Shown in pieces: positions 24,115 to 36,892 of a stretch of 64,000 bases of DNA. A program made the translations under genes and the position numbers. The stretch is from Eledone cirrhosa (lineage: Eukaryota). A model generated the notes under the pieces. It was not told where the DNA came from and ran no database searches. It saw only the letters and a list, made by a program, of their open reading frames with translations. The stretch is taken from assembly GCA_964016885.1 (NCBI GenBank), contig OZ024742.1:338024001-338088000 (forward strand). The letters are read 5' to 3'. Each line of letters starts with the position of its first letter. Position 1 is the stretch's first letter.

Positions 24115-24661
24115 TATATGTGTGTGTGTGTATGTATACAAACATACATACATGCAGACATGACAATCTTCCAACAATTTCTGTCTACCAAGTTCACTCA
24201 CAAGACATTAGTCTACATCAATTCTCCAAGTGTTTCTCTAGAAGCTCTGACATATTAATCATGTTGTTTTCATCTCCTGTAAAGTGGTTGTGACGACACG
24301 GCAAAAAGCTCCCAGCCCACACTGTAAAGTGCTCGTGTAGGTTTCATGACAAAAAGCACCCAGTCCACACGGTAAAGTGGTTGTGTAGGTTTCATGACAA
24401 AATGCACCCAGTATTCACTGTAAAGTGGTTGTGTAGGTGTCGTGACAAAAAGCACCCAGTACTCACTGTAAATGAGGTTGGCGCTAGGAAGAGCATCCAG
24501 CTGTAGAAGCCAAGCATGACATAGTCACTTGACCTAGCATTGCTCATAATATGATAACTTATCTAACCCATGCCAGTGTGGGAAAAGGGGCATTAAAAGG
24601 TGATGGTGATGATTTCTCGTTTTAATGTTGTAGAGTACTAACTCTATTTTTTTTTATTTAG

Positions 24662-24750
24662 ATGATACTCTAAAATCTGCTAAATATGAGATAAATTTAA
24701 TCTCTGAATCTCACAGAAACACCTGGAATCAGCTGGATCAGAAATTTCAG
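24662..24750 (+). CDS. ORC3: ORC3 exon 3
   Basis: tttag|DTLKSAKYEINLISESHRNTWNQLDQKFQ|gtaaat; phase 1 to 0. Confidence 0.85.
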
Positions 24751-24779
24751 GTAAATATCTGAAGTTTGTATATTTTTCT

Positions 24780-25540
24780 TATTATTGGCAGAAATAGTCA
24801 AAGATTAAACAAAGTGCTATACAGTATTTAGTTATGGGCTCTTTCCAGGGTCAACTTTGCCTTTGATCTGTCTGGTGTCGATAAAATAAAATACCAGTCA
24901 CTGAGGTTAATTTCATCAACTTTGCCCCTACTCCAAAATTTGTTGGCTTTGTACCAAAATTAGAAACCATGTCTTTCATCCTTACGGGGTCGATAAAATA
25001 AAGTACCAGTAATACATTGGGATAATTGCTGGCCTTGTGCCAAAAGTAGAAACAATTATTATTATCTTGATGAGGTTAACTTTGCTTTTCATCCTTATAG
25101 GGTTGATAAAATAAAGTACCAGTCATGCACTGGGGTGTTGATTTATTGACTTCCTCTTCCACCAAAATTGTAGGTTTTCTGCCCAAATCAGAAACCATTA
25201 GATTGGCAGTATCAGGAGAGCATCGGACAACATGCTTTGTGGCATTGAGTTACAACCCTTTACATTCTGAGTTCAAATCCTGCTGAGATTAGCTTTGCCT
25301 TTCATCCTTACATCGTCGATAAAATAAAGCACCAGTAACACACTGGAGTCAATTTAATCGACCCCCTCGCCCCCCCCTCAAATTATTGGCCTTGTGCCTA
25401 AAGTAGAAACAATTATTATAGGATTAGCAAAGTTGTTAGTGTTGGACAAAATATTTTGCTGTATTTAGTTAGGATTCTTTGTCTTTTTTGTTTAAATCCC
25501 ACTGAGATCAACTTTACATTTCAGCCTTTCAGAGTCGATA
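24780..25540 (+). mobile_element. Head-to-tail pile of about five tRNA-derived SINE copies
   Basis: Repeated ctttcatcc..gtcgataaaataaa..accag cores and agaaac(a/c)att tails. Confidence 0.8.
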
Positions 25541-25854
25541 TAGTCATGAGTTGAAGGAGGAGTATACAAAATAACTGAAGTGGGAGATATAGGGAACAAA
25601 TGCTAAAGTTAGAGAGAATGGGCACACACACTAAGTAATTTGTCATCTGTAGATACTTATAGTGTTTGTACAAGGTTTCAGTTTTCTTTTCACTTTTTCT
25701 GCATTTTATCAGATGATGAAATCTACATATGAAAAAATATATTCCTTTTCACAATTTCTTTTCTTTCCTTTTTCTCAAATCACTATTTCCCATATGCATA
25801 GTTTTTGAGTGTGAGCAAAATTGTTTTAACCAAATAGTTGATTTAGTTATTCAT

Positions 25855-26065
25855 CATAATATAATGAAATTGTGTTACAGTGCTCAGGTGCACTACAACT
25901 CATCAAAGGTGCATGTATAGTACATAGAATAATGTACAAATATTAGGAAAGGGAACAGTGTATGAATCATGATATATGTGTGTATGGAGGGGGGATATTA
26001 GGTGTAGTGTTGCCGAATTTCAGGAAGCATGGAGGTTTTAAAGGATGTAGTGTTTCGGTAGCTAA
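25855..26065 (-). mobile_element. CR1/L2-type LINE 3' fragment
   Basis: Reverse complement of the 48860-49083 family. Confidence 0.75.
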
Positions 26066-26519
26066 CAACTCATTATCATTTAATGTCCATTTTTCCACTC
26101 TATGGGTTAGTTGAGATGTCCCATTGTGAGACAAACCAGATAAGATGACCATATCTTGCTCATACAAGACTGATTCTGGCTTGGTTTCTACAGCTGGGTG
26201 CTCTTCCTAATATCAACCACATTTACAGTGTAGATTGGGTACTTTTTATCATGACTCCTACACGACCACTTTACAGTGAGGACTTGACGCTTTTTGTTGT
26301 CGCACCTTCATGACCACTTTACAGTGTGAGCTGGGATCGGGGTGCACCACTTATCTGGTGAAGGGAGGAGTATATTTATGTTTCATATATTTGTGCATTT
26401 ACATTTATTTACCTACTGTTATCTTCAGTGGTAAATATATACTCCTAAAACTACCTGATGGGTAGCACTCAAGTCATTTTAATTGCCATTTTTCGATGCT
26501 AGTGTAGAACTTTATTTCT

Positions 26520-28535
26520 GTGCACTCAGTATACTCTGTAAGATGATGGTGCTGCTACCATAACATGCACCATGTCCTTTCTGTAAAGTGGTAGTACTGG
26601 TGCCACAATAAAATACTCCCAGTATACTCTGTAAAGTGGTAGTAGTGGTGTCACAATAAAATACTCCCAGTATACTCTGTAAAGTGGTAGTACTGGTGTC
26701 ACAATAAAATACTCCCAGTATACTCTGTAAAGTGGTAGTAGTGGTGTCACAATAAAATACTCCCAGTATACTCTGTAAAGTGGTAGTACTGGTGCCACAA
26801 TAAAATAAACTCAGTATACTCTGTAAAGTGGTAGTACTGGTGTCACAATAAAATACTCCCAGTATACTCTGTAAAGTGGTAGTACTGGTGCCACAATAAA
26901 ATAAACTCAGTATACTCTGTAAAGTGGTAGTAGTGGTGTCACAATAAAATACTCCCAGTATACTCTGTAAAGTGGTCGTACTGGTGCCACAATAAAATAC
27001 TCCCAGTATACTCTGTAAAGTGGTAGTACTGGTGTCACAATAAAATACTCCCAGTATACTCTGTAAAGTGGTAGTACTGATGCCACAATAAAATACTCCC
27101 AGTATACTCTGTAAAGTGGTAGTACTGGTGTCACAATAAAATACTCCCAGTATACTCTGTAAAGTGGTAGTACTGATGCCACAATAAAATACTCCCAGTA
27201 TACTCTGTAAAGTGGTAGTACTGGTGTCACAATAAAATACTCCCAGTATACTCTGTAAAGTGGTAGTACTGATGCCACAATAAAATACTCCCAGTATACT
27301 CTGTAAAGTGGTAGTACTGGTGCCACAATAAAATACTCCCAGTATACTCTGTAAAGTGGTAGTACTGGTGTCACAATAAAATACTCCCAGTATACTCTGT
27401 AAAGTGGTAGTACTGATGCCACAATAAAATACTCCCAGTATACTCTGTAAAGTGGTAGTACTGGTGTCACAATAAAATACACTCAGTATACTCTGTAAAG
27501 TGGTAGTACTGGTGTCACAATAAAATACTCCCAGTATACTCTGTAAAGTGGTAGTACTGGTGTCAATAAAATAAACTCGGTATACTCTGTAAAGTGATAG
27601 TACTGGTGCCACAATAAAATACTCCCAGTATACTCTGTAAAGTGGTAGTACTGGTGTCACAATAAAATACACTCAGTATACTCTGTAAAGTGATAGTACT
27701 GGTGCCACAATAAAATACTCCCAGTATACTCTGTAAAGTGGTAGTACTGGTGTCACAATAAAATACACTCAGTATACTCTGTAAAGTGATAGTACTGGTG
27801 CCACAATAAAATACTCCCAGTATACTCTGTAAAGTGATAGTACTGGTGCCACAATAAAATACTCCCAGTATACTCTGTAAAGTGGTAGTACTGGTGTCAC
27901 AATAAAATACTCCCAGTATACTCTGTAAAGTGGTAGTACTGGTGTCACAATAAAATACTCCCAGTATACTCTGTAAAGTGATAGTACTGGTGCCACAATA
28001 AAATACTCCCAGTATACTCTGTAAAGTGGTAGTACTGGTGTCACAATAAAATACTCCCAGTATACTCTGTAAAGTGATAGTACTGGTGCCACAATAAAAT
28101 ACTCCCAGTATACTCTGTAAAGTGGTAGTACTGGTGTCACAATAAAATACACTCAGTATACTCTGTAAAGTGGTAGTACTGGTGTCACAATAAAATACAC
28201 TGTCTACTCTGTAAAGTGGTAGTACTGGTGCCACAATAAAATACTCCCAGTATACTCTGTAAAGTGGTAGTACTGGTGTCACAATAAAATACACTCAGTA
28301 TACTCTGTAAAGTGGTAGTACTGATGCCACAATAAAATACTCCCAGTATACTCTGTAAAGTGGTAGTACTGGTGTCACAATAAAATACTCCCAGTATACT
28401 CTGTAAAGTGGTAGTACTGGTGTCACAATAAAATACTCCCAGTATACTCTGTAAAGTGGTAGTACTGGTGTCACAATAAAATACACTGTCTACTCTGTAA
28501 AGTGGTAGTGCAGATGCCACAATAAAATACACCCA
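26520..28535. repeat. 48-bp minisatellite, about 41 copies
   Basis: Unit cccagtatactctgtaaagtggtagtactggtgtcacaataaaatact with few variants. Confidence 0.97.
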
Positions 28536-28761
28536 GGCCACTTTGTAAAACAGAAATGCTGTTGCCACAAAATACGCACCCAGTACACTCGGTAAGGTGG
28601 TTGGTGTTTGGAACACGAGCATGATATTGTCACCTGACCAGTCTAGCCTCAGAATGTGACAACCCATCCAAAACAGGTTAGCATAGAAAGCAGACATTAA
28701 ACAATGATGATGGTTGTAGTTATGATGATAATCAATTTTTTTGTACATTTTTTTACCCTAG

Positions 28762-28912
28762 GACTTACAGCTTCACCTGACAGAGAACTTATTCAACAGT
28801 TTGTTGGAGTATTTAAAATCATGTAATACTAACTTCAGCTTAGACAGACATACAAGTTCAATACCCAGACAAACGAAGGCTCAGGAAATACCTACAGCTG
28901 TTTTGTTAACTG
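28762..28912 (+). CDS. ORC3: ORC3 exon 4
   Basis: cctag|DLQLHLTENLFNSLLEYLK...QEIPTAVLLT|gtaagg; EIPTA motif; phase 0 to 1. Confidence 0.93.
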
Positions 28913-28922
28913 GTAAGGTTAA

Positions 28923-29478
28923 CCCATTTCTTACCAAACCACTTGAAACCACCCCCAATTCTAACTTTGTTTTAAACTGTTTATATTTATCTAAAAATCT
29001 TCCATGTTAACTTATGTTCTAAACATCACTTAACCTTTTAGCATTTAAACTGACTGTATCTGGCCAGAATTCTCTCACCTCTTCTGTTCAAACTGGCCAT
29101 AACTGGCTGTTTATACTTATGTTAAAGTATTGTTCTCAAAATAAATAATAGCAAAACCTTGTAGATTTGATATTATGTGAGATAAAGTGTTTACTGTAAA
29201 AATACAATAGTAAATATAGAGTAATGTAAATGCTAAAAGGTTAATGAAAAAGTTAGTTATATATCTAAATTTGTTCTAAATCTGTCCAAATACTTGATTA
29301 TTTTTATAACTATATTAGAAATACTAAAGGATTAAAGTGTTATTTATCTAAAACCATTTCCTCATTATTTTATGCAAGAACCTTTGTTTTTGTATGTTCC
29401 AAACATATGCTTGATTATTTTCAAAATGATTTGAAAATTATATACTGTCTTTTACTAGAAATATGGAAACTGAAAGGG
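28923..29478. mobile_element. TTAA-flanked MITE containing a nested TTAA-flanked MITE (29034-29240)
   Basis: Outer TTAA|CCC...GGG|TTAA. Inner TTAA|CCTTTTAGCATTTA...TAAATGCTAAAAGG|TTAA, a perfect 14-bp TIR. Confidence 0.72.
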
Positions 29479-30057
29479 TTAAATCTAGTTTGTAAATTAC
29501 TGAGACTAGCTATAGTAGTATAGTTTATCAGAAGCATTGTAATATTTGTTATGTTTTACTGGTTTCAGTCATTAAACTGTGGCCCATGCTTGAGCACCAG
29601 CTTGAAGGAATTTAGTCAATCATATTGACCCCTAGTACTTATTTTTCTTTGTCAATTATTTTTTTATCACTTTTTTCTGCCAAATAAACAATAGTACACA
29701 GGCTCACACACATATACGTGACAGGCTTCTACATAGTTTCCTTCTGCCAAATTTCACTTACATGGCATTGGTGAACCTGAGGCTATAGTAAAAGACACTT
29801 GCCCAAGGAGCCATGCCATGGAACTGTACTTATAACCATATGGTAACAAAGCAAACTCCTTATCAACCAAGCTTGAGCAAATTGTTTTAGGAAAAGCCAG
29901 TACAATGTAAGTTAGAAATAAAGGAGTGAAAATGAAAGTGAAGTAAGATGGAACAATACTCTCTCTCCTTTCTCTCTTCTCTCTGTCTTCCCGCTCACTC
30001 ACCCTCTCTCTGTCCCATCTACCACATCACTCTCAGCATCTCTTTGTCATGTTCTAG

Positions 30058-30221
30058 GTGTCAACACTCCTGACCACGTGGTCCTTTTCTCCAACCTCCA
30101 TACCACCCTCCAACGAAAGATTACTCCATTGGTTGTATCATTAACCTCAAAAACCTGTACCACAGTCAGAAATATCATCCAGCAACTTCTTGGGCAGATT
30201 ATACATCAATCTTCTCAAATG
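30058..30221 (+). CDS. ORC3: ORC3 exon 5
   Basis: tctag|GVNTPDHVVLFSNL...ITPLVVSL...QSSQM|gtaaga; phase 1 to 0. Confidence 0.93.
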
Positions 30222-30697
30222 GTAAGATATATTTTTTTATGTTGTTGTTAGAGCTCACACTTATGTAGGTTTAGCTGGCCTCCTCTGAAGGTCACATCTC
30301 TAAAGAGGTTTCTTAGGTGTTTTAATAAGGGCCCCAGTCTTATCATGTTGTTACAGCTCACACCTATGTAGGTTTAACTGACCTGTGAGGTTGTATCTAA
30401 TGGGAGATTTTTCAGGGGCCCAATCCTATCATAAAGACATCCCCCTGGACTGGCGGCCTGTCTATTGCAAAGGTGAACTCCAAGCTACTGCTGGTACACA
30501 TTTTTTCAGCTGGATGGACTGGAGTAATATGAAATGAAATATTATAGACAGAACACACAGCTCTGTTCAGGAATTGAACTCGGGATCTAATGATCATGAA
30601 TTCAACACCGTAATCACTGGCTTACATGTATTCACTTGGCCATATGACCTTTTTTAGGATGTCTGTCTCTTTTTAACTAATGTTTTATTTTTTTCTA

Positions 30698-31159
30698 TTG
30701 GGATGGTGCAAAATTAATGACTGGTTTTTTTAAAAATTAATTTAATTAACACCCACTGTCAGGAAAGAATCGCTGGACAGATATTACAGGCAAAACCAAC
30801 TGACAGGAAGCCAGGGGTAGACCCTGGGCAAGATGGTTGGATAACATCCATGAGCTTGGCTGGTCTCACTTTGGGATCCAGCTGGAACAGTCGGAGACAG
30901 TTGCTTCTGACGGGACTCGCTGCAAAGACTGTTTGAGGACTCTAACCCCACGGCCCTCTCAGGAATAAGTGGGTGAAGAAGAAGAAAAGAACGTCTGCTG
31001 TTAAATTTATTTTGTTCAAAATAATATTCCTTCTACAACTAAGCAATTATGCTCCAGAATGGCCATGATCATTTAAACGTTTTAATTGTAGTTTGGGTGT
31101 TGTATTGTAGAATAAATTTAGAATCAATATAAACAGTCGTTAATTTTTCATCAACCTAA
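30698..31159. mobile_element. Mariner-type MITE with a nested LINE 3' fragment (about 30757-30990)
   Basis: TA|TTGGGATGGTGCAAAATTAATGACTG...CAGTCGTTAATTTTTCATCAACCTAA|TA. The insert encodes GRPWARWLDNI and ends in (GAA)n. Confidence 0.7.
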
Positions 31160-32167
31160 TAATTATATTACTTAGTTTTTGCGGAGCAGGAGAAGGACCC
31201 TGTTTTTATATCTCTTTTTTCTATGTTGTCATGGATTTTAACAGAGTTCTTTGAGGAAGTATTTTAACATTTTATGACTGAATTCCTTTAATCAATGTCA
31301 ACTATTTTAGTCTTTTATGGTAGCATACCATGGAGACTCACAAAATGTACAAAAAAGTCTCTTGTTGGTTGCTTCTCAAGGAAACTACATATGGCTCTTG
31401 ATGTGAAGTAACAGCTGCACATAACAAATGAATGCATGTCTAAAACCTTACTAAAAGTAAGTTAAAAGACTAGAGACTGTTAGGTCATTGTGTACAACAT
31501 CCTCGATAGGAAACATCAAAACTGGTCCTGTGGGAACCACAGCACAGAGTGGGAAGGTGTGGTGGATGTCATATACACATTAACATCCTGAAGCAGGATA
31601 CTGGCTTGGAATCTATCCAGGAACTGAAGATGGCAATGGTGGACATCGAAGTGTGGTGCATCTCATGTCACATACATTGAAATATTAGTGTTGGTACTAT
31701 GATAAATTGCACCTGCTATGCTCTGTAAACGTGGTTGGTGATAAGAAGGGCATCCAGCTGTAAAATACCCAGCCAAATTTACAGTCCTCGCTGGAGCAAG
31801 GTACGACACATGGCCAACCCTGGCCAGACCCCTCCCCCCGTTTTAACCCATTCAAGCGTGAGAAAATTGACGTTAAATGGTGATGATGATGATGACACTC
31901 TGTAAAGTGGTAGTGCTGATATAACAATAAAATGGGCTTGGTACACTTGATAATGTGGTTGGCATTAGGATGGGTGTCCAGCTGTAGAAATCATGCCAAA
32001 TATAAAATATATATGCAAGATGCAGTCCTCTGCCGACTTTTAACCATAAGGATCTGTCCAACTCCTGCCAGCATGGAAAGCAGTCATAAAATGCTGATAT
32101 TGTCTGTTTCTTCTGCTCATGCCCCTATTTTAGATCAATCCATTTCTATAAACTTAACATTTCTCAG

Positions 32168-32275
32168 TCCTTTTCAGATGATGAGGAAGATTTGAATGTC
32201 AAATCAGATTTGAATGTCAAATCAGCCCCTTGTACTCTCAATACACTGGCTGATTGGTATTATGATAGATACAAG
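32168..32275 (+). CDS. ORC3: ORC3 exon 6
   Basis: ctcag|SFSDDEEDLNVKSDLNVKSAPCTLNTLADWYYDRYK|gttagt; phase 0 to 0. Confidence 0.85.
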
Positions 32276-32708
32276 GTTAGTTCTGATTTAGCTTGATGTT
32301 TTCTATTGTTTTATTCTTTTACTAATTTCACTCATTAGACTATGGTCATGCTGGAACATGCATAGAAAATAGACATTAAGTGGTCAGATATATATATTAA
32401 AATATTGATTAACACGTAAAATTATTAATCATATTGTCTGACAAAAGTATAGGTTAACCAAAGTGCTAAAGATAGTCACTGTTAGAACCTAAAGACAGCA
32501 CTAATAATATAAAAGGTTATTTTCCTAGATCCTTTTTCTTATTTTTTCTAATATTTTCAAAATTAAAAATCATTGGCAGTGTCTTTCATTTAACGATGGG
32601 TTAAAGTAACATCTAAAAGAAAGCTTGGATTATGAACTTAATGTTGAAAATACTGTTATTGCAATAATTGATGTAAGAAATGTAAAATGTTTCTTTCTGT
32701 TTTTAAAG

Positions 32709-32854
32709 AAAGTTGGCAATAATCCGTCACCAGCTAAAAAGAAACGGTCAGAAAATGAAGATTCTTTACCAAGTTTACCAAACATAATCCTAGTATTTGA
32801 GGACATGGAATCATTCACAATGAAACCATTGCAGGAGTTTATTATGATATGCAG
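32709..32854 (+). CDS. ORC3: ORC3 exon 7
   Basis: aaag|KVGNNPSPAKKKR...IILVFEDMESFTMKPLQEFIMIC|gttaga; degenerate Walker B region; phase 0 to 2. Confidence 0.92.
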
Positions 32855-33286
32855 GTTAGAATTAACATCTTTTGATATGTTACATGCTTCTATTTTATTG
32901 TCTTTTCTTATGGCTACATGAGATGAAGAAGCCATTGCCACATGGTTAAGTTCACTTTGTAACAACATAGTTTGGCTTCTATCCTATTGTGTGCTACGTT
33001 TGGCAAGTCTCTTCAACTAGTCTTAGACTGTCTGATGCCCTCTAAGTGAATTTGGTAGATGGAAACTGTATGAAGCCTGTCATTGCTTGCAGAGAAAATG
33101 GATGTTAAATGATAAGGAATATGATGATAATACATATCACTTGGCGTCTGCTTTTCCACTTATATATGTATATATGTGTGTGTGTTACCACAAACCTCAC
33201 CTCAATTTTGCTTGTATGTGAGTGTGTGCCCATGTGTTCAGTTGCCACAAACCTTATATCAACATTGCCTCTGTGTTTGTGTTTGT

Positions 33287-33828
33287 GCTAGTTGCTACAA
33301 ATGTCCTATTGACACTGTGTGTGTGCTAGTTGCTACAAATGTCCTATTGACACTGTGTGTGTGCTAGTTGCTACAAATGTCCTATTGACACTGTGTGCTA
33401 GTTGCTACAAACGTCCTATTGACACTGTGTGTGCTAGTTGCTACAAACGTCCTATTGACACTGTGTGCTAGTTGCTACAAATGTCCTATTGACACTGTGT
33501 GTGTGCTAGTTGCTACAAATGTCCTATTGACACTGTGTGTGTGCTAGTTGCTACAAATGTCCTATTGACACTGTGTGTGTGTGTGCTAGTTGCTACAAAT
33601 GTCCTATTGACACTGTGTGTGTGTGTGCTAGTTGCTACAAATGTCCTATTGACACTGTGTGTGTGTGTGTGTGCTAGTTGCTACAAATGTCCTATTGACA
33701 CTGTGTGTGTGCTAGTTGCTACAAATGTCCTATTGACACTGTGTGTGTGTGCTAGTTGCTACAAATGTCCTATTGACACTGTGTGTGTGCTAGTTGCTAC
33801 AAATGTCCTATTGACACTGTGTGTGTGT
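33287..33828. repeat. Minisatellite: 14 copies of a 30-bp unit separated by variable (GT)n
   Basis: GCTAGTTGCTACAAATGTCCTATTGACACT followed by (GT)2-8. Confidence 0.95.
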
Positions 33829-34082
33829 GCCAGTTGCCACACATTTCATATCAACACTTTATAAGAAAGCTGCAGTGACTATTGTTGATTTCCCACCATA
33901 AACAATATGTCCTGCAGAGTAGAGGTTCAGCAATTGCTAGCAACATGTACCAAATTAAGGATAAGCTATGGGGTGGGGCCAGGAATGGCTTCTGACTCTA
34001 GAAAACTTGCCAGAAAAGGAACTCATCCAATCCGTGCAAGTTTGGAAAACCAGATATAAAAATAATGTTGATAACTGCATCT

Positions 34083-34601
34083 TTATATGAGCTCAATCTG
34101 AATCCAGTGTAACCATAGTTGGGTTACTTCTGTCAAAGGGCAAAGGAACTCCTGGGAGCTCTTAAGAGCTCTTGGAGTCAATGGCCATCCAAAACCAGCA
34201 CGGCCCGCCGAAAGGCGCTGCAGTGCCGGAAAAGTCAACTTCCTGCTACTAGTATGCTGGTAAGCTAGTACAACGTATCTCCAGACGGATAGAGTGGGTC
34301 CGTAGCTTTGGTTAGCGACTACTCTAGTGCTTGCAACACGAACAATTTGGGCGAGGGTATAAATGCCAGGTTGGTATCTGGTGCCGGGTAACCCACCACA
34401 CGGAGGAGAAAGCACCTTCTTCAAGACTTGGCTGTCAAATTCTTTCACATGTGTGTAGTAGTGGCGCCCACACACATTATTAGCTATTTGAAAAGATGAT
34501 GGATTTCGCAACTAACTGCACCGGGGTTCCTGAATTCTGGGGCGTGCGAGTGAGATCCGTCATCTCGACAGTAGTCAACAAATGAATGAATGAATGAATG
34601 A
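34083..34601 (+). mobile_element. Unclassified non-coding retroposed element with (TGAA)n tail
   Basis: GC-richer island with many hairpins, ending in aatgaatgaatgaatgaatga. No recognisable coding motif. Confidence 0.45.
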
Positions 34602-34815
34602 CTTCTGATAAAAACTACAATCACCACCATCAACACCACCACATTCACTAACATCATGGTAGTTACTACCAGCACTGTCACCACCACAGCTATCACAGCC
34701 ATGGCTACCACCACCACCGCTACCAGCACTGCGGTCAGCCCCACCACCAACACCATTAAGCTATACACCTTCACACTATAACTACTTTAGACAATGTTCT
34801 AACTTTCTCTTACAG

Positions 34816-34975
34816 TTCTTATGTGTGTCGTTTACCACTGATCTTCATCTTTGGTGTAGCTACAACAATGAATGCTGTCCACAACTCCCTCCCTAAACTT
34901 GTATCATCTCAGCTGTGTATGGAGAAGTTCCAGGTGCCACCGCCAACAGAATATATGACACACCTTCTTAACAAG
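34816..34975 (+). CDS. ORC3: ORC3 exon 8
   Basis: tacag|SYVCRLPLIFIFGVATT...LCMEKFQ...HLLNK|gtttct; phase 2 to 0. Confidence 0.95.
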
Positions 34976-35474
34976 GTTTCTGCTTTTCATTCTTTTACTA
35001 CTTATAGTCAATAGACTGCGACCATGCTGGAGCACTATGCATTCAGTGAAATTTTCATTGGGGCTAAGTATTCGTTATACAATCCTTTCCTTATCATATT
35101 TCTAATTAAGTACAGTTTATAATTTCAATTAATTTTGAAAATAAGAATCCAGAGGGATTTTGTAATAAGATTTTCTCATTATTAAGGTTAGTGTTTCGAA
35201 CATAACTACCTACATGAGTTGTTAGCCGTCAGGACACTGCATTCTTCAAAACCTCCATGCTTCCCGAAATTTGCCAACACTACACTTGATATTCCAAAGG
35301 TTCTTACCTAAAATTACATATACATATCTATGTATGTATATTTATCATCATTGTTTTCCCTACTGGCAAATATATATATATATATATATACGTACATCAA
35401 TACTCATATTTTTCCATTTCTTAGAAGGTTCTAAACCCCACTATCAGACTAAAATTTCTTTCGTCAAAAAATAC

Positions 35475-36333
35475 GGTGAAAGTACAGTAGCTAGAGTCAG
35501 AACAGGTTGGAAAAAGTTCAGAGAGCTTATACGGCTGTTGGCCACAAAAGGTTTCTCTCTAAAAATGAAAGGCAGATTGTATGATGCTTGTATACGAACA
35601 GCAATGCTACATTGCAGTGAGACATGGGCATTACGTGCAGAGGACCTGTGTAGACTGGAAAGGAACGAAGCTTGCATGCTCCGTTGGATGTGTAATAGTA
35701 ATATACGTGAATGGCAAAGCATAAATGAACTAATTGAGAAATTAGGAATAAGAGGGATCAGATGCTGTTTACTTGAGAGAAGATTGCGTTGGTATGGCCA
35801 CATGATGCGCATGAAAGACGACAGCTGTATAAAAAAGTGCAGGGCGATCAAAATTGATGGTAGTTACGGAGTAGGTAGACCCAGAAAAACCTGGGACGAT
35901 CTGATAAATTCCGACCTTACACACTTGCACCTCTCTAAAACAATGTGACTGGACCGTGATCGTTGCCTGCGTACAAAGCGAAACCTACAGTCAGTAGGCC
36001 CCTCTTAACCAAATATACACCCCAATCCACTACCCCTACCCTATCCTCCCACTTCCACCAACAGCACGAGAAAATGAGATCGAGATCGTGTAGGTATCAC
36101 GACAAAAAACACAGTCCACGCTGTAATGTGGCCGTGTAGGTAACACGGTAAAAAGTTCCCAGTTCCACACTGTAAATGTGGTTGGTGTTAGGAAGGGCAT
36201 CCAGCCGTAGAAAACCTGCCAGATAGTCCTATATGAGCGAGACACGGTCACCCGACCAGCCTTGCTTCAAGTGGGACAACTCCCGTCTAACCCATGCTAG
36301 CGTGGAAAATGGATGTTAAACGATGATGATGAT
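35475..36333 (+). mobile_element. RTE-type LINE 3' fragment
   Basis: Near-identical protein to the reverse complement of 14040-14545 (ESTVARVRTGWKKFREL...). 3' UTR and (GAT)n tail. Confidence 0.9.
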
Positions 36334-36769
36334 GTGTGTGTGTGTGTATGTATATATTATATGCACACAGACATATGTAAATATGGTTGCCATTAGGAAG
36401 GGCATCCAGCTGTAAAAACCAAGCCCAAATCAGTTCTGTATGAGCAAGGCACAGTCATCTGATCTGGCTTGTCACACAACAGGACAACTCGTCTAACCCA
36501 TGCTAGCATGGAAAAATGGACGTTAACTGGTGATGATATACATACATGTAGAAAATCCATAAACTTAGCTTTGTTAAAATTTGTTGAAGAAACCAAATAA
36601 TAGTTGATTTGATGGTAAAATAATGGGTTATCAAATAGTAATAATAAAATCTAGTATTAATATTTATTGTTTTAGTGGTGGTAGTAATAGTAATATTAGC
36701 AGTAGTAGTAATGGTGGAGGTGGTAATCATCATCATCATCATCATCATCTACTCAAAAACTCATTTCAG

Positions 36770-36883
36770 ATCATACTCAATGCTGATATTCCTTTCAAAC
36801 TGGGACCAAAGGTCTTTGAATATCTGTTGGATGTGTTCCTCTACCACAACTTCTCCATCTTGTATTTCATGAAAGGAATTCAG
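36770..36883 (+). CDS. ORC3: ORC3 exon 9
   Basis: ttcag|IILNADIPFKLGPKVFEYLLDVFLYHNFSILYFMKGIQ|gtaata; phase 0 to 0. Confidence 0.95.
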
Positions 36884-36892
36884 GTAATACCA

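Noticed and set aside
26512-28748. Repeat-protein ORFs (SILGVFYCDTSTTTLQ)n, or a CRISPR-like array
   Set aside because: These are translations of a 48-bp intronic minisatellite. There are no unique spacers or cas genes, and the context is eukaryotic.
32171-32180. Alternative acceptor ttttcag at 32177 for exon 6
   Set aside because: It is out of frame with the phase-0 donor of exon 5 and hits a stop at 32193. The acceptor at 32167 preserves the frame.
33287-33828. CRISPR-like repeat-spacer pattern
   Set aside because: The spacers are only (GT)n of 4-16 nt.
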